A DNA stretch of 55,345 nucleotides from Candidatus Limnocylindrales bacterium (GTDB lineage: Bacteria; Chloroflexota; Limnocylindria; Limnocylindrales; CSP1-4): the NCBI GenBank assembly GCA_038915165.1, contig JBCLDE010000004.1, positions 1 to 55,345 on the forward strand, given 5' to 3'. Shown here in pieces: positions 25,042 to 34,275 of the stretch. The notes under the pieces were generated by a model, which did no database searches, was not told where the DNA came from, and worked only from the letters and a program-made list of their open reading frames with translations. A program made the translations under genes and the position numbers. The first letter of the stretch is position 1. The number at the start of each line of letters is the position of its first letter.

Positions 25042-28000
25042 ATGCCGCACTACCCGCACCCATTCCGCATCGCCCAGCCCGCGACCCTGGCCGAGGCCAG
25101 CGAGCTCCTGCTCAGCGGCGGGCCCGACGCGACCTGCTACGCCGGCGGTTCTGAACTGCTGCTCGCGATGAAGCAGGGTGGGCTGCGGTACGACACGCTC
25201 ATCGACCTCAAGACGATCCCCGGCCTCGACACGATCGAGGAGCACAACGACCACCTCGAGATCGGGGCCCTGGCGACCCATCGCACCATCGCTCGGTCGC
25301 CGCTCGTCCGGGCCGCGTTCCCCCTGCTCGCCCGGCTCGAGGGGCGGATCGCCAATCCGCGGGTGCGCTCGACCGGCACGCTCGGTGGGAACCTCTGCTT
25401 CGCCGAGCCGCACTCCGACCCGGGGACGCTGTTGCTCGTCCACGACGCCGTCCTCCACGTGGCGGGACCCGGCATGGAACGTGCGGTCCCGATCGCGGCG
25501 TTCACCGCCGGCCCCTACGAGACGGTGCTGGAGCCCGGGGAGATCCTGCGGGCGATCGCGATCCCGACCCTCGCCGCGGGCCAGCTGGTCGGCTATCGCC
25601 GGGTCCAGCAGCTCGAGCACCGGCCGATGCTCGGCGTGGCGGTCCGGCTGGACCTCGACCTCGCACGGCAGAGGATCGTCGGCTCGCGTCTCGGCGTGGG
25701 CGCCTCGAGCCCGATCCCCGTCCGGAGCGAAGCCGCCGAGGCGATCCTCCTCGGTGACCTCGACGGCATCGCGGACCGGCTTCCTCGTGCCGCCGAGATC
25801 CTGGCCGACGACGCCGATCTCCTCGACGACGCCGACGGCAGCGCCGACTACAAGCGCCACCTGATCGGCGTCCACCTCGGTCGGCTCGTGTCCGGCCTCA
25901 TCCGCGGCGAGGATCCCGAGATCACCGGCGGCCGCACGCGCCGCTCGCTCAAGGCCACGATCGAGGAATGGGAGGAGCGCAGGCAGCACACACCGAAACC
26001 GGAGTTCTCGGTCGTCGGACGGTCCGTGCCGAGAACCGATGGCCGCGCCAAGGTGACCGGCCAGGCGGTCTACACCGCGGACGTCGTCCTGCCGCGGATG
26101 GCCCACGCCAAGGTCCTCCGAAGTCCGGTCGCGCACGCCCGGATCCTGTCGATCGACACGACGGCCGCGAAGGCGGTCGAGGGCGTGCTCGACGTCATGG
26201 TCGGGTCCGATCTGCTGACCCTGAAGCGCCACCTCTTCGGGCACGCCATCCGCGACAACGCCATCCTCGCGATGGACAAGGTCACGTACGTCGGGGAGCC
26301 CGTGGTCGCGGTCATCGCCGAGGACGAGCCGACCGCCGCACGTGCGATCGAGCTGATCCACGTCGCCTACGACGAACTCGAGCCGGTGATGACGCCGGAG
26401 GCGGCCCTGCGGCCCGGCGCGCCGCTCATCCACGAGGAGCCGCACGATTTCGGCCACGCGCCCGGACACGTCAACCTGGCCGGCCGGAAGTTCGGCACCA
26501 ACCAGCTGACCGACGACGTCGTTGCGTGGGGCGACATCGACGCCGCCTTCGCCCGCGCGACGACGATCGTCGAGGGTGAGTACTACTACCCGATGGCGTT
26601 CGCCTATCCGCTGGAGTCGTATGCCGCGGTGGTCGACCACCGCGGCGACGAGGTCACCGTCCACACCAACGGGCAGCACACCTACACGACGCGACGCGAC
26701 GTGGCCGATCTGTTCGGCCTGCCGCTCTCGCGCGTCCGCGTCATCACGCCATTCGTCGGCGGCGGCTTCGGCGCGAAGTCGTACTCGAAGGTGGAGCCGC
26801 TCGCTGCCGTCTGCTCGTGGCGGGTGCGCCGGCCGGTGCGGGTCGAGCTCACCGTCGAGGAGACGGTCCTGACCACGCGGGCCCTCGATGCCCGAGTCTG
26901 GCTCCGCACGGCGGCCGATGCCGACGGGAAGCTCATCGCCCGCCAGGCCCGCGTCCTGATGAACAGCGGCGCATTCGCCCAGAACAGCATGCTCGTGTCG
27001 GCCAAGACCTCGACCCGCCTCGTTGGGCCATACGGCTGGGATGCCGTCGACATCCGCGTCCGCGCCGCGTACACCAACACCAGCCCGGCCAGCTCCTACC
27101 GGGGCTTCGGAGGGGCGCACGCGAGCCTCCCTGGCGAGGTCCAGATGGACGAGATGGCCGAACGGCTCGGCCGCGATCCGGTCGACTACCGGCTGCTCAA
27201 CCTAGTCGATCGGGGTCATGTCTTCTTCCCGGGCAAGCGTCCCCTCCATGCCGATGTCAAGGGGAACCTGCGTCTGGTCGCCGGTGGCCTCGACTGGCCG
27301 CGCAAGGAGCCGCCGGGAACGGGCAAGGGCGTGGCGCTCGTCGTCATGGACAGCGGGGCCGTGCCCGTCGGGCGGAGCGAGATCCGGGTCCATGGCGACG
27401 GCTCGGTGACCGTCCTGACCGGATCGGCCGAGCTCGGCCAGGGCAGCCAGACGATCCTGACCATGGTCGCGGCGGAGGAATTCGGGTTGCCGATGGAGCG
27501 CGTCCGGATCCAGATGTCGGACAGCGGCGTGACGCCCTATGCCCGGACGACCGGCGCCGATCGGACGACGATCATGGAGGGCACCACGATCCTCCTCGCC
27601 TGTCGAGACGCCAAGGAGCAGCTGCAGGAGATGGCGGCCGAGATCTGGGAGATCCCGGCGGAGGAGATCGAGCTCGAGAAGAGCGGGGCGCGCAACGGCG
27701 ACAGGACGCTCCCCTGGGGCGACATCATCGGCCAGTATTTCCAGGCACCGGACATGGAGGTCAGCGGCCGCGGCCACATCCGGCCGGTCGGCGACTGGGG
27801 CCTCATCCCGCCGTCCTGGGAGAACCCGATCGTCGGCGTGCGCGTCGCCACCGACGCAGAGACCGGCGAGTGGTGGGCGACCAGTCTCGTCGACGTCGCC
27901 GACATCGGGCTCGCGATCAACCCCACTCTGGCCGATGGCATGGACATCGGCTCGATGATGCAGAGCCTCGGGATCGCCATGCGCGAGCAGCTTGTCTACG

Positions 28001-28353
28001 ACGGTCAGCAGCTCTCCAACGGCTCCGTGCTCAACTATCGGGTCCCGGAGTTCACCGACCTGCCGGACGAGGTTCGGACATTCGTCATCGAGAACCGCGA
28101 CGGGATGGGCCCGTACGGCGCGAAGGCCCATGGCGACGGCAGCATGGCGACGGTCGTCCCGGCCGTCTCGAACGCGCTCCACGACGCGCTGGGCGTCCGG
28201 ATGCACCGCGCACCGTTCACCCCCGAGCGGGTCTGGCGGGCGTTGCGCGACCAGGCCGATGGCGTCCCACCCGATCCGCCGACGGGGATCCCGGGCTGGT
28301 GGACCGCCACGGAACATCCGGAAGCACATGGAGACGCACTTGACACCCGATGA
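25042..28353 (+). CDS. molybdenum hydroxylase, fused FAD-binding medium subunit + Mo-pterin large subunit (CoxM-CoxL fusion)
   Basis: Uninterrupted 1103-aa ORF. The first ~290 aa are CoxM-like ('YAGGSELLLAMKQG', 'DYKRHL'). A short linker leads into the large-subunit blocks ('VGRSVPRTDGRAKVTG', 'GGGFGAKS', 'SSYRGFGG'). Confidence 0.9.
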   Translation: MPHYPHPFRIAQPATLAEASELLLSGGPDATCYAGGSELLLAMKQGGLRYDTLIDLKTIPGLDTIEEHNDHLEIGALATHRTIARSPLVRAAFPLLARLEGRIANPRVRSTGTLGGNLCFAEPHSDPGTLLLVHDAVLHVAGPGMERAVPIAAFTAGPYETVLEPGEILRAIAIPTLAAGQLVGYRRVQQLEHRPMLGVAVRLDLDLARQRIVGSRLGVGASSPIPVRSEAAEAILLGDLDGIADRLPRAAEILADDADLLDDADGSADYKRHLIGVHLGRLVSGLIRGEDPEITGGRTRRSLKATIEEWEERRQHTPKPEFSVVGRSVPRTDGRAKVTGQAVYTADVVLPRMAHAKVLRSPVAHARILSIDTTAAKAVEGVLDVMVGSDLLTLKRHLFGHAIRDNAILAMDKVTYVGEPVVAVIAEDEPTAARAIELIHVAYDELEPVMTPEAALRPGAPLIHEEPHDFGHAPGHVNLAGRKFGTNQLTDDVVAWGDIDAAFARATTIVEGEYYYPMAFAYPLESYAAVVDHRGDEVTVHTNGQHTYTTRRDVADLFGLPLSRVRVITPFVGGGFGAKSYSKVEPLAAVCSWRVRRPVRVELTVEETVLTTRALDARVWLRTAADADGKLIARQARVLMNSGAFAQNSMLVSAKTSTRLVGPYGWDAVDIRVRAAYTNTSPASSYRGFGGAHASLPGEVQMDEMAERLGRDPVDYRLLNLVDRGHVFFPGKRPLHADVKGNLRLVAGGLDWPRKEPPGTGKGVALVVMDSGAVPVGRSEIRVHGDGSVTVLTGSAELGQGSQTILTMVAAEEFGLPMERVRIQMSDSGVTPYARTTGADRTTIMEGTTILLACRDAKEQLQEMAAEIWEIPAEEIELEKSGARNGDRTLPWGDIIGQYFQAPDMEVSGRGHIRPVGDWGLIPPSWENPIVGVRVATDAETGEWWATSLVDVADIGLAINPTLADGMDIGSMMQSLGIAMREQLVYDGQQLSNGSVLNYRVPEFTDLPDEVRTFVIENRDGMGPYGAKAHGDGSMATVVPAVSNALHDALGVRMHRAPFTPERVWRALRDQADGVPPDPPTGIPGWWTATEHPEAHGDALDTR

Positions 28354-29683
28354 CGTCGTCGCCCGGATCGACCCCCAGGAGGTCGTCGATCTTGCCCTTG
28401 CGCTCGGCAACATCGACAGCCCAACGGGCAGCGAGGGACCGGCCGGCCAGTTCGTGTTCGACTGGCTGGCGAGCCATGGATTCACGCCGCGCAAGTTCGC
28501 TTTGACGGAGGACCGCTTCAACGTGGCGGCCTGGCTGGAGGGGACCGGCGGCGGCCAGAGCCTGATCTTCAACTCCCATCTCGACACCACGCTCCGACCC
28601 GATGCCATCTGGTCGGCGCGCGACCCCCAGGATCCGCTCTATCACAGCGCGTGGGTCGAGGGCGACGAGATCTTCGGGGACGGCGTGGTCAACGACAAGG
28701 GCCCGATGGCGGCCTTCCTGATCGCCGCCAAGGCAATCCGCGAGAGCGGCTATCCCCTGGCGGGCGACCTCATCGTCAGCGCGGTCGCGGGCGAGATCTC
28801 ACGCGAGCCGATCGACGAGTTCCAAGGTCCGGGCTACCTCAGCAAGGATCTCGGGGCGCGCTTCATGGTCACCCACGGTGCGGTCGCCGATTACGCCCTC
28901 GTCGCGGAGGGGACCGGCTTCGGGATCGTCGGGGTCGAGCCGGGCAAGGCCCACTTCAAGGTCACCGTCTTCACGGACCAGCCGCGCTTCTATACGCCGT
29001 ACCTGCCCAGGCCGACGGGTCTCGCGGACGCGCCGAACGCGATCGTCCGAACGAGCGCCGTGATCGCCGCATTCGAACGCTGGGCGTACGACTACCAGAC
29101 CCAGATGACCTACGAAGGACCGACCGGGACGATCGTACCCAAGGCGAGCATCAACGCCATCCGGGCAGGCTATCCATACAACCTGACGAGCACACCCCAG
29201 CTGTGCTCCTTCTATGTCGACACGCGGATCCTCCCGGGCGCCAATCCGCTCGACCTGCGAGACGAGCTTCGCGACGTGCTCCGTGAGGTCGGCGTGCCGG
29301 GCACCGTCGAGCTCTTCCTGTACCGACCCGGCTTTGAGGCCATCGGTGCGGAACGGCTCATAGAGACGGTCCGCCGTTGCCACGACCAGGTGTTCAGCGA
29401 ACCGCCGCTTATCGTCGGGTCGCCGGTGACGAGCATGTGGCGCGACACGAATGCGTTCAACGAGCTTGGGATCCCGGCCATCAGCTACGCCCCACGGTCG
29501 ACGAGTCACGCCGCCCGCAAGGCGTTCAAGGTCAGGGACCTGACCGACGCGGCGCTGGTCTACGCCCGGATCGCGATGGACCTCTGTAACCAGCCACGCG
29601 AACGCTTCAGCCCGCTCGGCGCCCACATCAACGCGGCCATCGCCCAGAAGGTCGCCGACCGCCGCGCATCTCGCGGGACCTGA
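28328..29683 (+). CDS. M20/ArgE/DapE-family metallo-deacylase (N-carbamoyl/N-acyl amino acid amidohydrolase-like)
   Basis: 'FNSHLDTT' (H-x-D Zn motif) and 'GDGVVNDKGPMAAF'. Start trimmed to ATG 28328 ('METHLTPDD'), overlapping the upstream gene by 26 nt. Confidence 0.75.
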   Translation: METHLTPDDVVARIDPQEVVDLALALGNIDSPTGSEGPAGQFVFDWLASHGFTPRKFALTEDRFNVAAWLEGTGGGQSLIFNSHLDTTLRPDAIWSARDPQDPLYHSAWVEGDEIFGDGVVNDKGPMAAFLIAAKAIRESGYPLAGDLIVSAVAGEISREPIDEFQGPGYLSKDLGARFMVTHGAVADYALVAEGTGFGIVGVEPGKAHFKVTVFTDQPRFYTPYLPRPTGLADAPNAIVRTSAVIAAFERWAYDYQTQMTYEGPTGTIVPKASINAIRAGYPYNLTSTPQLCSFYVDTRILPGANPLDLRDELRDVLREVGVPGTVELFLYRPGFEAIGAERLIETVRRCHDQVFSEPPLIVGSPVTSMWRDTNAFNELGIPAISYAPRSTSHAARKAFKVRDLTDAALVYARIAMDLCNQPRERFSPLGAHINAAIAQKVADRRASRGT

Positions 29684-29816
29684 TGGCCCGCCGGTTCGCC
29701 CGGACCGAGAGACACGCCCGCCCGCGGGCCGATCGCGACTGGCAGGCGCGGATCCGAGCCGAGGGGGTCCCTCGGGGGTCCGCCACGGTCCCTCGACCGC
29801 CCGCGCGCTCGTCCGC

Positions 29817-30647
29817 TCAGGACCTGGGGATCTCGGCTCCGGTGATCGCCGACCAGGCCTCGAGCCCGCGATCGACACCCATGCCCGGAAAGCCGAACGG
29901 GCCGGCCACGAGCTCGCGGTAGCGGTCGAGGCTGCGGACCTCCTCGGTCGTCTTGCCGCTGGCCGTGTACCGCGTCAACTCGTGGTCGCGCAGCTGGATG
30001 ACCACGTCGTCCGTGCAGTGGACGAGCCGGAAGTTCTGCATGACGAAGGTCATCGGCGGGAGCGCGTGGTGGCGCTGGTAGGAAGCCTCCATCTCGTCGG
30101 GCGTCGCGGCCGCCATGTCGTAGGTGACGAAGGGCTTGAACTCGCCGCCCACCCAGCGGTCCTGGACCAGCTTCCCGGACCCCTCGTCCGGCCGGAAGCG
30201 ATAGCGCAGTCCCGCCCGGTCGATCTCGAACGGCTCGTCGGCCGGGATCGCCTCGAAGATCGGCTGGCCGTTGCCGACATCGACGAGCAGCTGGCGCCCA
30301 TCGAGGTCCACCATCAGCGCCGAGTGGGAGCCGGGAAACGAGATCTGGGCGAGCACCGGGTAGGCGACGTAGCCGAGGTCGTCCAGCAGGCGGCCGAGCA
30401 TCGAGCCGACCTCGTAGCAGACGCCGCCGGCGGCGCGGGCGGCCCACGTATCCATGACCCCGTCCAGGTCGAGCGGCGGGACAGGGCCATCACCGGTGGC
30501 GTGCCGGCGGATCAGCGAGCTGACGTTCTCGAAGGCGATCGCCCGATGCGCCCGAATGAGCGCGTCCAGGGTCGCGCGGTCTGGTGCCCCGCGCTCGAGA
30601 CCGAGCAGCGCGAGGTAGCGCGAGGTCCAAACTTCACCCGCCGGCAT
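29817..30647 (-). CDS. arylamine N-acetyltransferase (NAT) family
   Basis: Cys-His-Asp triad contexts 'AAGGVCYEVG', 'GSHSALMVDLDG' and 'LLVDVGNG'. ATG 30647 overlaps the upstream CoxL end by 14 nt. Confidence 0.8.
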   Translation of the reverse strand: MPAGEVWTSRYLALLGLERGAPDRATLDALIRAHRAIAFENVSSLIRRHATGDGPVPPLDLDGVMDTWAARAAGGVCYEVGSMLGRLLDDLGYVAYPVLAQISFPGSHSALMVDLDGRQLLVDVGNGQPIFEAIPADEPFEIDRAGLRYRFRPDEGSGKLVQDRWVGGEFKPFVTYDMAAATPDEMEASYQRHHALPPMTFVMQNFRLVHCTDDVVIQLRDHELTRYTASGKTTEEVRSLDRYRELVAGPFGFPGMGVDRGLEAWSAITGAEIPRS

Positions 30648-32919
30648 CGCGTTCCTGCAGGGCGCGCCACACACGCTCCGGTGTGAACGGGGCCTGCCGG
30701 AGTCGGACTCCCGTCGCCCGCTGGACCGCGTTGGCGATCGCCGCCGCGACCGGGTTGAGCGAACCCTCTCCCCCACCCTTCGCCCCGTAGACGCCGACAC
30801 CGTCGCCACGCTCGGCGAGGATCGACGTGAACGGCGGGATATCGCCGGCCCGCGGCACGCGGTACTCGACGAGGTTGCCGCTCAGCAGGTTGCCGTCGGG
30901 GGTGTAGACGAGCTCCTCCCTCATGGCCATCCCGAACCCCATGATCGCGGCGCCCAGGTCCTGCGACTCGACCAGCTGCGGGTTGATCGCACAGCCCACG
31001 TCGCCGACGGTGACGAGGTGCTTGACCCAGATCTGGCCTGTCGCCTCGTCAACGCTCACCTCGACCCCGACGCAGCCGATCTCCCAGAACGACGGCATCG
31101 CCTGGGTCGTGCCGGCCTTTCGCACGTAGCCACGTCCCACGATCTCGCCGCCGGCCCCGGCGAACCAGGCGCGGACGACCGCGCCCCAATCGTGATGGAC
31201 CCCGTCGACGAGGACGCCGCCGGGAGCCGGCTCGACGGCCCCCCCGTTGGCCAGCGCGTCGCGCGCCGCGTCGAGGAGTTGCGCGCGAGCGTCCGCGGCG
31301 GCCGACTGGATTGCGAGACCCACGAGGGTCGTCGTCCGGCTGGCACCCGTCGACCGGTCGTAACTGACCGCCGACGTGTCGCTCTGGAGGAGCTGCACGC
31401 GATCGAGCGGCACACCCATCTCCGCGGCGGCGATCTGGGCGAGGACCGTCGACGACCCCTGCCCGATCTCGGTGCTCCCGACCGTGACCGTCACCGAGCC
31501 ATCGGCCGAGATCCGGACGAGGCTCGTGGTGACGGGTTCGGAACCCGCGTCCGACGCGCTGATCGCGATCGCCCGGCCGTGCCCGGCCGCAGGCGGCGTC
31601 CACCAGTCGAGCGCCTCGGCGACGAGGCCCAGGTCAGCATCGAGATCGGCATCCATGCCCCGGACCCCGGGCCACAGCGCCTCGCCGGGCGCGACGACGT
31701 TCCTGCGCCGGATCTCCAGTGGGTCGAGGCCGAGTTTCTCGGCCGCCTCATCCATCTGGGATTCGGCCGCGAAGTTGCCCTGCGGCGCACCGAACCCGCG
31801 GAACGAGCTGGCGGGCGCGGTGTTCGTGTAGATCACCCGGCAGGTCACCTCGACCGCCGGGATGCGATATGGCCCGGCGATCCGGTTGGCGGCCTTCCGT
31901 CCGACGAGTGGCGAGTTTTCCGCGTAGGCCCCCGTGTCGAGCGCGATCTCGGCCCGCCGTCCGCGCAGGCGGCCGTCGGCGTCGAAGGCGCTGGCGATGT
32001 GGATGAACGCCCCGTCACCGCGTGTCGTGAGGATCGATTCGTCGATCGACAGGGCCAGCTTGACCGGCCGCCCGGCGCGCAGGGCGAGGGCGGCCGTGAG
32101 TGGCTCGATCTTGGTGTAGCTCTTGCTGCCGTACCCGCCACCGACGAAGGGCACGATGACCCGCACCCGCGACTGCGGCAGCGAGAAGCAGTTGGCGAGG
32201 TCCTCGCGGACCATGAACGGGTGCTGGCACGAGCTCCAGACGGTCAGCCCGCCGTCACTCCACTCGGCGATGGCCGTGTACGGCTCCATGGCGTAGGCGT
32301 ACGAGATCGGGTAGCGGAAGTCGCCCTCCACGACCAGGTGCGCACCATCGAATGCGTCGTCGATATCGCCATAGCTCTGGGTCGACAACGAGCAGACGTT
32401 CGGGTGGTCGCGTTCGATCTCCTCCTCGAAGCCGCGGTGCGGTCGCTGGGCGGCCTCGCGTTCATGGATGATCGGTGCCCCGTCGGCGAGTGCCGCCTCC
32501 ACCGTGATGACCACGGGCAGCGGCTCGTAGTCGATGAGGACGAGTGCCACCGCCTCGTCGGCCGTCGCCGCGTCCTCGGCGACGATCCCGACGACGGCCT
32601 CGCCGACGTAGCGGACGACGCCGTCGGCGATCAGCGGATGGTCGGCCAGCGCGTGCCCGTAGTAGATCTCGACATCGGCGAGATCGGCGGCGCTGACGGC
32701 GGCGATGACGCCCGGCAGCGCACGTGCCGCCGAGGTGTCCACCGACCGGATCCGGGCGTGCGGATACGGGCTGCGCACGATCTTCGCCCAGGCCATCCCG
32801 GGCACGGACAGGTCGGACGTGAAGCGTGCGGCCCCGGTGACCTTGGCGACGCCGTCGCGGCGCGGCACGGACTCGCCGATCGGGGAAGGCGGCGCCGGCC
32901 TCGTGGTGACGCGCTTCAT
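30634..32919 (-). CDS. Mo-pterin-binding large subunit of a Mo hydroxylase (CoxL/XdhB-like)
   Basis: 'GESVPRRDGVAKVTG', 'GGGYGSKS' and 'SSFRGFGAPQ'. ATG 32919 forms an ATGA overlap with the CoxS stop. Confidence 0.9.
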   Translation of the reverse strand: MKRVTTRPAPPSPIGESVPRRDGVAKVTGAARFTSDLSVPGMAWAKIVRSPYPHARIRSVDTSAARALPGVIAAVSAADLADVEIYYGHALADHPLIADGVVRYVGEAVVGIVAEDAATADEAVALVLIDYEPLPVVITVEAALADGAPIIHEREAAQRPHRGFEEEIERDHPNVCSLSTQSYGDIDDAFDGAHLVVEGDFRYPISYAYAMEPYTAIAEWSDGGLTVWSSCQHPFMVREDLANCFSLPQSRVRVIVPFVGGGYGSKSYTKIEPLTAALALRAGRPVKLALSIDESILTTRGDGAFIHIASAFDADGRLRGRRAEIALDTGAYAENSPLVGRKAANRIAGPYRIPAVEVTCRVIYTNTAPASSFRGFGAPQGNFAAESQMDEAAEKLGLDPLEIRRRNVVAPGEALWPGVRGMDADLDADLGLVAEALDWWTPPAAGHGRAIAISASDAGSEPVTTSLVRISADGSVTVTVGSTEIGQGSSTVLAQIAAAEMGVPLDRVQLLQSDTSAVSYDRSTGASRTTTLVGLAIQSAAADARAQLLDAARDALANGGAVEPAPGGVLVDGVHHDWGAVVRAWFAGAGGEIVGRGYVRKAGTTQAMPSFWEIGCVGVEVSVDEATGQIWVKHLVTVGDVGCAINPQLVESQDLGAAIMGFGMAMREELVYTPDGNLLSGNLVEYRVPRAGDIPPFTSILAERGDGVGVYGAKGGGEGSLNPVAAAIANAVQRATGVRLRQAPFTPERVWRALQERDAGG

Positions 32920-33407
32920 CGGTCGGGACGCGAGGCGGTCCTGGCGGCCGCGGCCGCCAGGACCGCCTCGATGATCGGCACATAGCCCGTACAGCGGCAG
33001 AGGTTGCCGTCGATCCCGGCCACGACCTCCTCGCGGGTCGGCGCCGGGTTGTCGCTGAGCAGGGCGGTCGCCGCCATCAGCATCCCCGGGGTGCAGAAGC
33101 CGCATTGGAAGGCGGCCACATCGATGAAGGCCTGTTGCAGGGGAGAAAGCTCGCCGTCCCGGGCCAGCCCCTCGACCGTCAGCACCTCGTGGTCGCCGGC
33201 ATCGACGGCCAGGTACGTGCACGCGCTCACGGCCAGCCCGTCGACGAGGACCGTGCAGGCGCCGCAGACCTGGACGTCGCAGGAGACCTTCAGGCCGGTC
33301 AGCCCCAGTCGCTCGCGGAGGACGTCGGCGAGGGTCTCGCGCGGCTCGACGAGGACCGTCCGGCTCCGCCCGTTGACGGCCAGGTTCAGCTCGACGATCT
33401 CAGACAC
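32916..33407 (-). CDS. (2Fe-2S)-binding small subunit of a Mo hydroxylase
   Basis: 'SCDVQVCGACTVLVDG...SAC' and 'QCGFCTPGM...CRCTGY'. GTG 33407 overlaps the CoxM stop (GTGTCTGA). Confidence 0.9.
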   Translation of the reverse strand: MSEIVELNLAVNGRSRTVLVEPRETLADVLRERLGLTGLKVSCDVQVCGACTVLVDGLAVSACTYLAVDAGDHEVLTVEGLARDGELSPLQQAFIDVAAFQCGFCTPGMLMAATALLSDNPAPTREEVVAGIDGNLCRCTGYVPIIEAVLAAAAARTASRPDR

Positions 33408-34275
33408 GGGCAGCGGCCTCCACGAGCGCGGCCTGAGCCGCTCGCGCCAGCAGCACGCCGGCAAGGTGTCGCTTGTAGTCGGGCGAGCCGTCGAGATCCT
33501 GGGCGGCGTCGATCCGGGTCATGGCCGCCGCGCCCACCACCAGCGCCTCGCTCAGCGCCAGCGCGTCGGCCGGGATACCGCTGAGCGCCGACTCGGCGGC
33601 CGCGACCCGGATCGGGGTGTCGGTCATCGAACCGACGGCCACGTGGGCCTCCGCGATCTTGCCCCCGGCCAGTCGCAGGCGGACGGCCACCGAGACCACC
33701 GGTCGCTCCCGGAACTTCGCCTTCTCATACGCCCGACCCTCACCCGCGGACGCACCCGGAACCACGATGGCGACGACGATCTCATCGGGCGCCCGGGCCG
33801 TCACGAAGGGCGACTCGAGGAAGGCGTCCATCGCCAGCTCCCGGCGCCCCCCTGGACCCTCGAGTCGCAGGCGGGCGTCGCAGGCCAGCAGGAACGTCGC
33901 AGGATCGGAATGCGGCTCGGCGAAGCAGAGGTTTCCGCCGATCGTCCCCTGGTTGCGCACCCGGACATTCGCCACGTGCGCCTCCAGCCCGGCGAGGCCG
34001 GGCAACTCCCGACGGACCGTCGCGCTCCGCTCGATCTCGCGATGGGTCGTCCCGGCACCGATCCAGAGGGCGCCGTCGTCCTCGACGGCGATCCCCCGCA
34101 GCTCAGGGAGACCCTTGAGGTCGATGAGCGTCCCGAACCTGGCCAGGCCCATCTTCATCACCTGGAGCAGCTCGGTGCCCCCAGCATACCATGCGGCATC
34201 TCCACCGGCGCCGTCGAAGGCGGCGAACGCCTCGCCGAGCGCGGAGGGACGAGCGAGCGCGAACCGCGGGATCAT
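33400..34275 (-). CDS. FAD-binding medium subunit of a Mo hydroxylase (CoxM-like)
   Basis: 'YAGGTELLQVMKMG' and 'DYKRHLAGVLL'. 291 aa. ATGA overlap with the P450 stop at 34272..34275. Confidence 0.85.
   Translation of the reverse strand: MIPRFALARPSALGEAFAAFDGAGGDAAWYAGGTELLQVMKMGLARFGTLIDLKGLPELRGIAVEDDGALWIGAGTTHREIERSATVRRELPGLAGLEAHVANVRVRNQGTIGGNLCFAEPHSDPATFLLACDARLRLEGPGGRRELAMDAFLESPFVTARAPDEIVVAIVVPGASAGEGRAYEKAKFRERPVVSVAVRLRLAGGKIAEAHVAVGSMTDTPIRVAAAESALSGIPADALALSEALVVGAAAMTRIDAAQDLDGSPDYKRHLAGVLLARAAQAALVEAAARV

Noticed and set aside
25042-28353. Calling the CoxLMS-like enzymes carbon monoxide dehydrogenases.
   Set aside because: The large-subunit active-site loops read 'AFRGYGI', 'SYRGFGG' and 'SFRGFGA'. 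They are not the form I 'VAYRCSFR' or form II 'AYRGAGR' loops, and no coxDEF genes are present. Generic xanthine-dehydrogenase-family hydroxylases of unknown substrate is the safer call.
29683-29922. A 79-aa ORF in the 133-nt convergent gap between the M20 gene and the NAT gene, with GC-rich repeats 'GGGGGTCC' x2.
   Set aside because: The ORF runs into the NAT gene on the opposite strand and encodes an Arg/Pro-rich product. The repeats form only a weak 5-bp stem with no U-tract.
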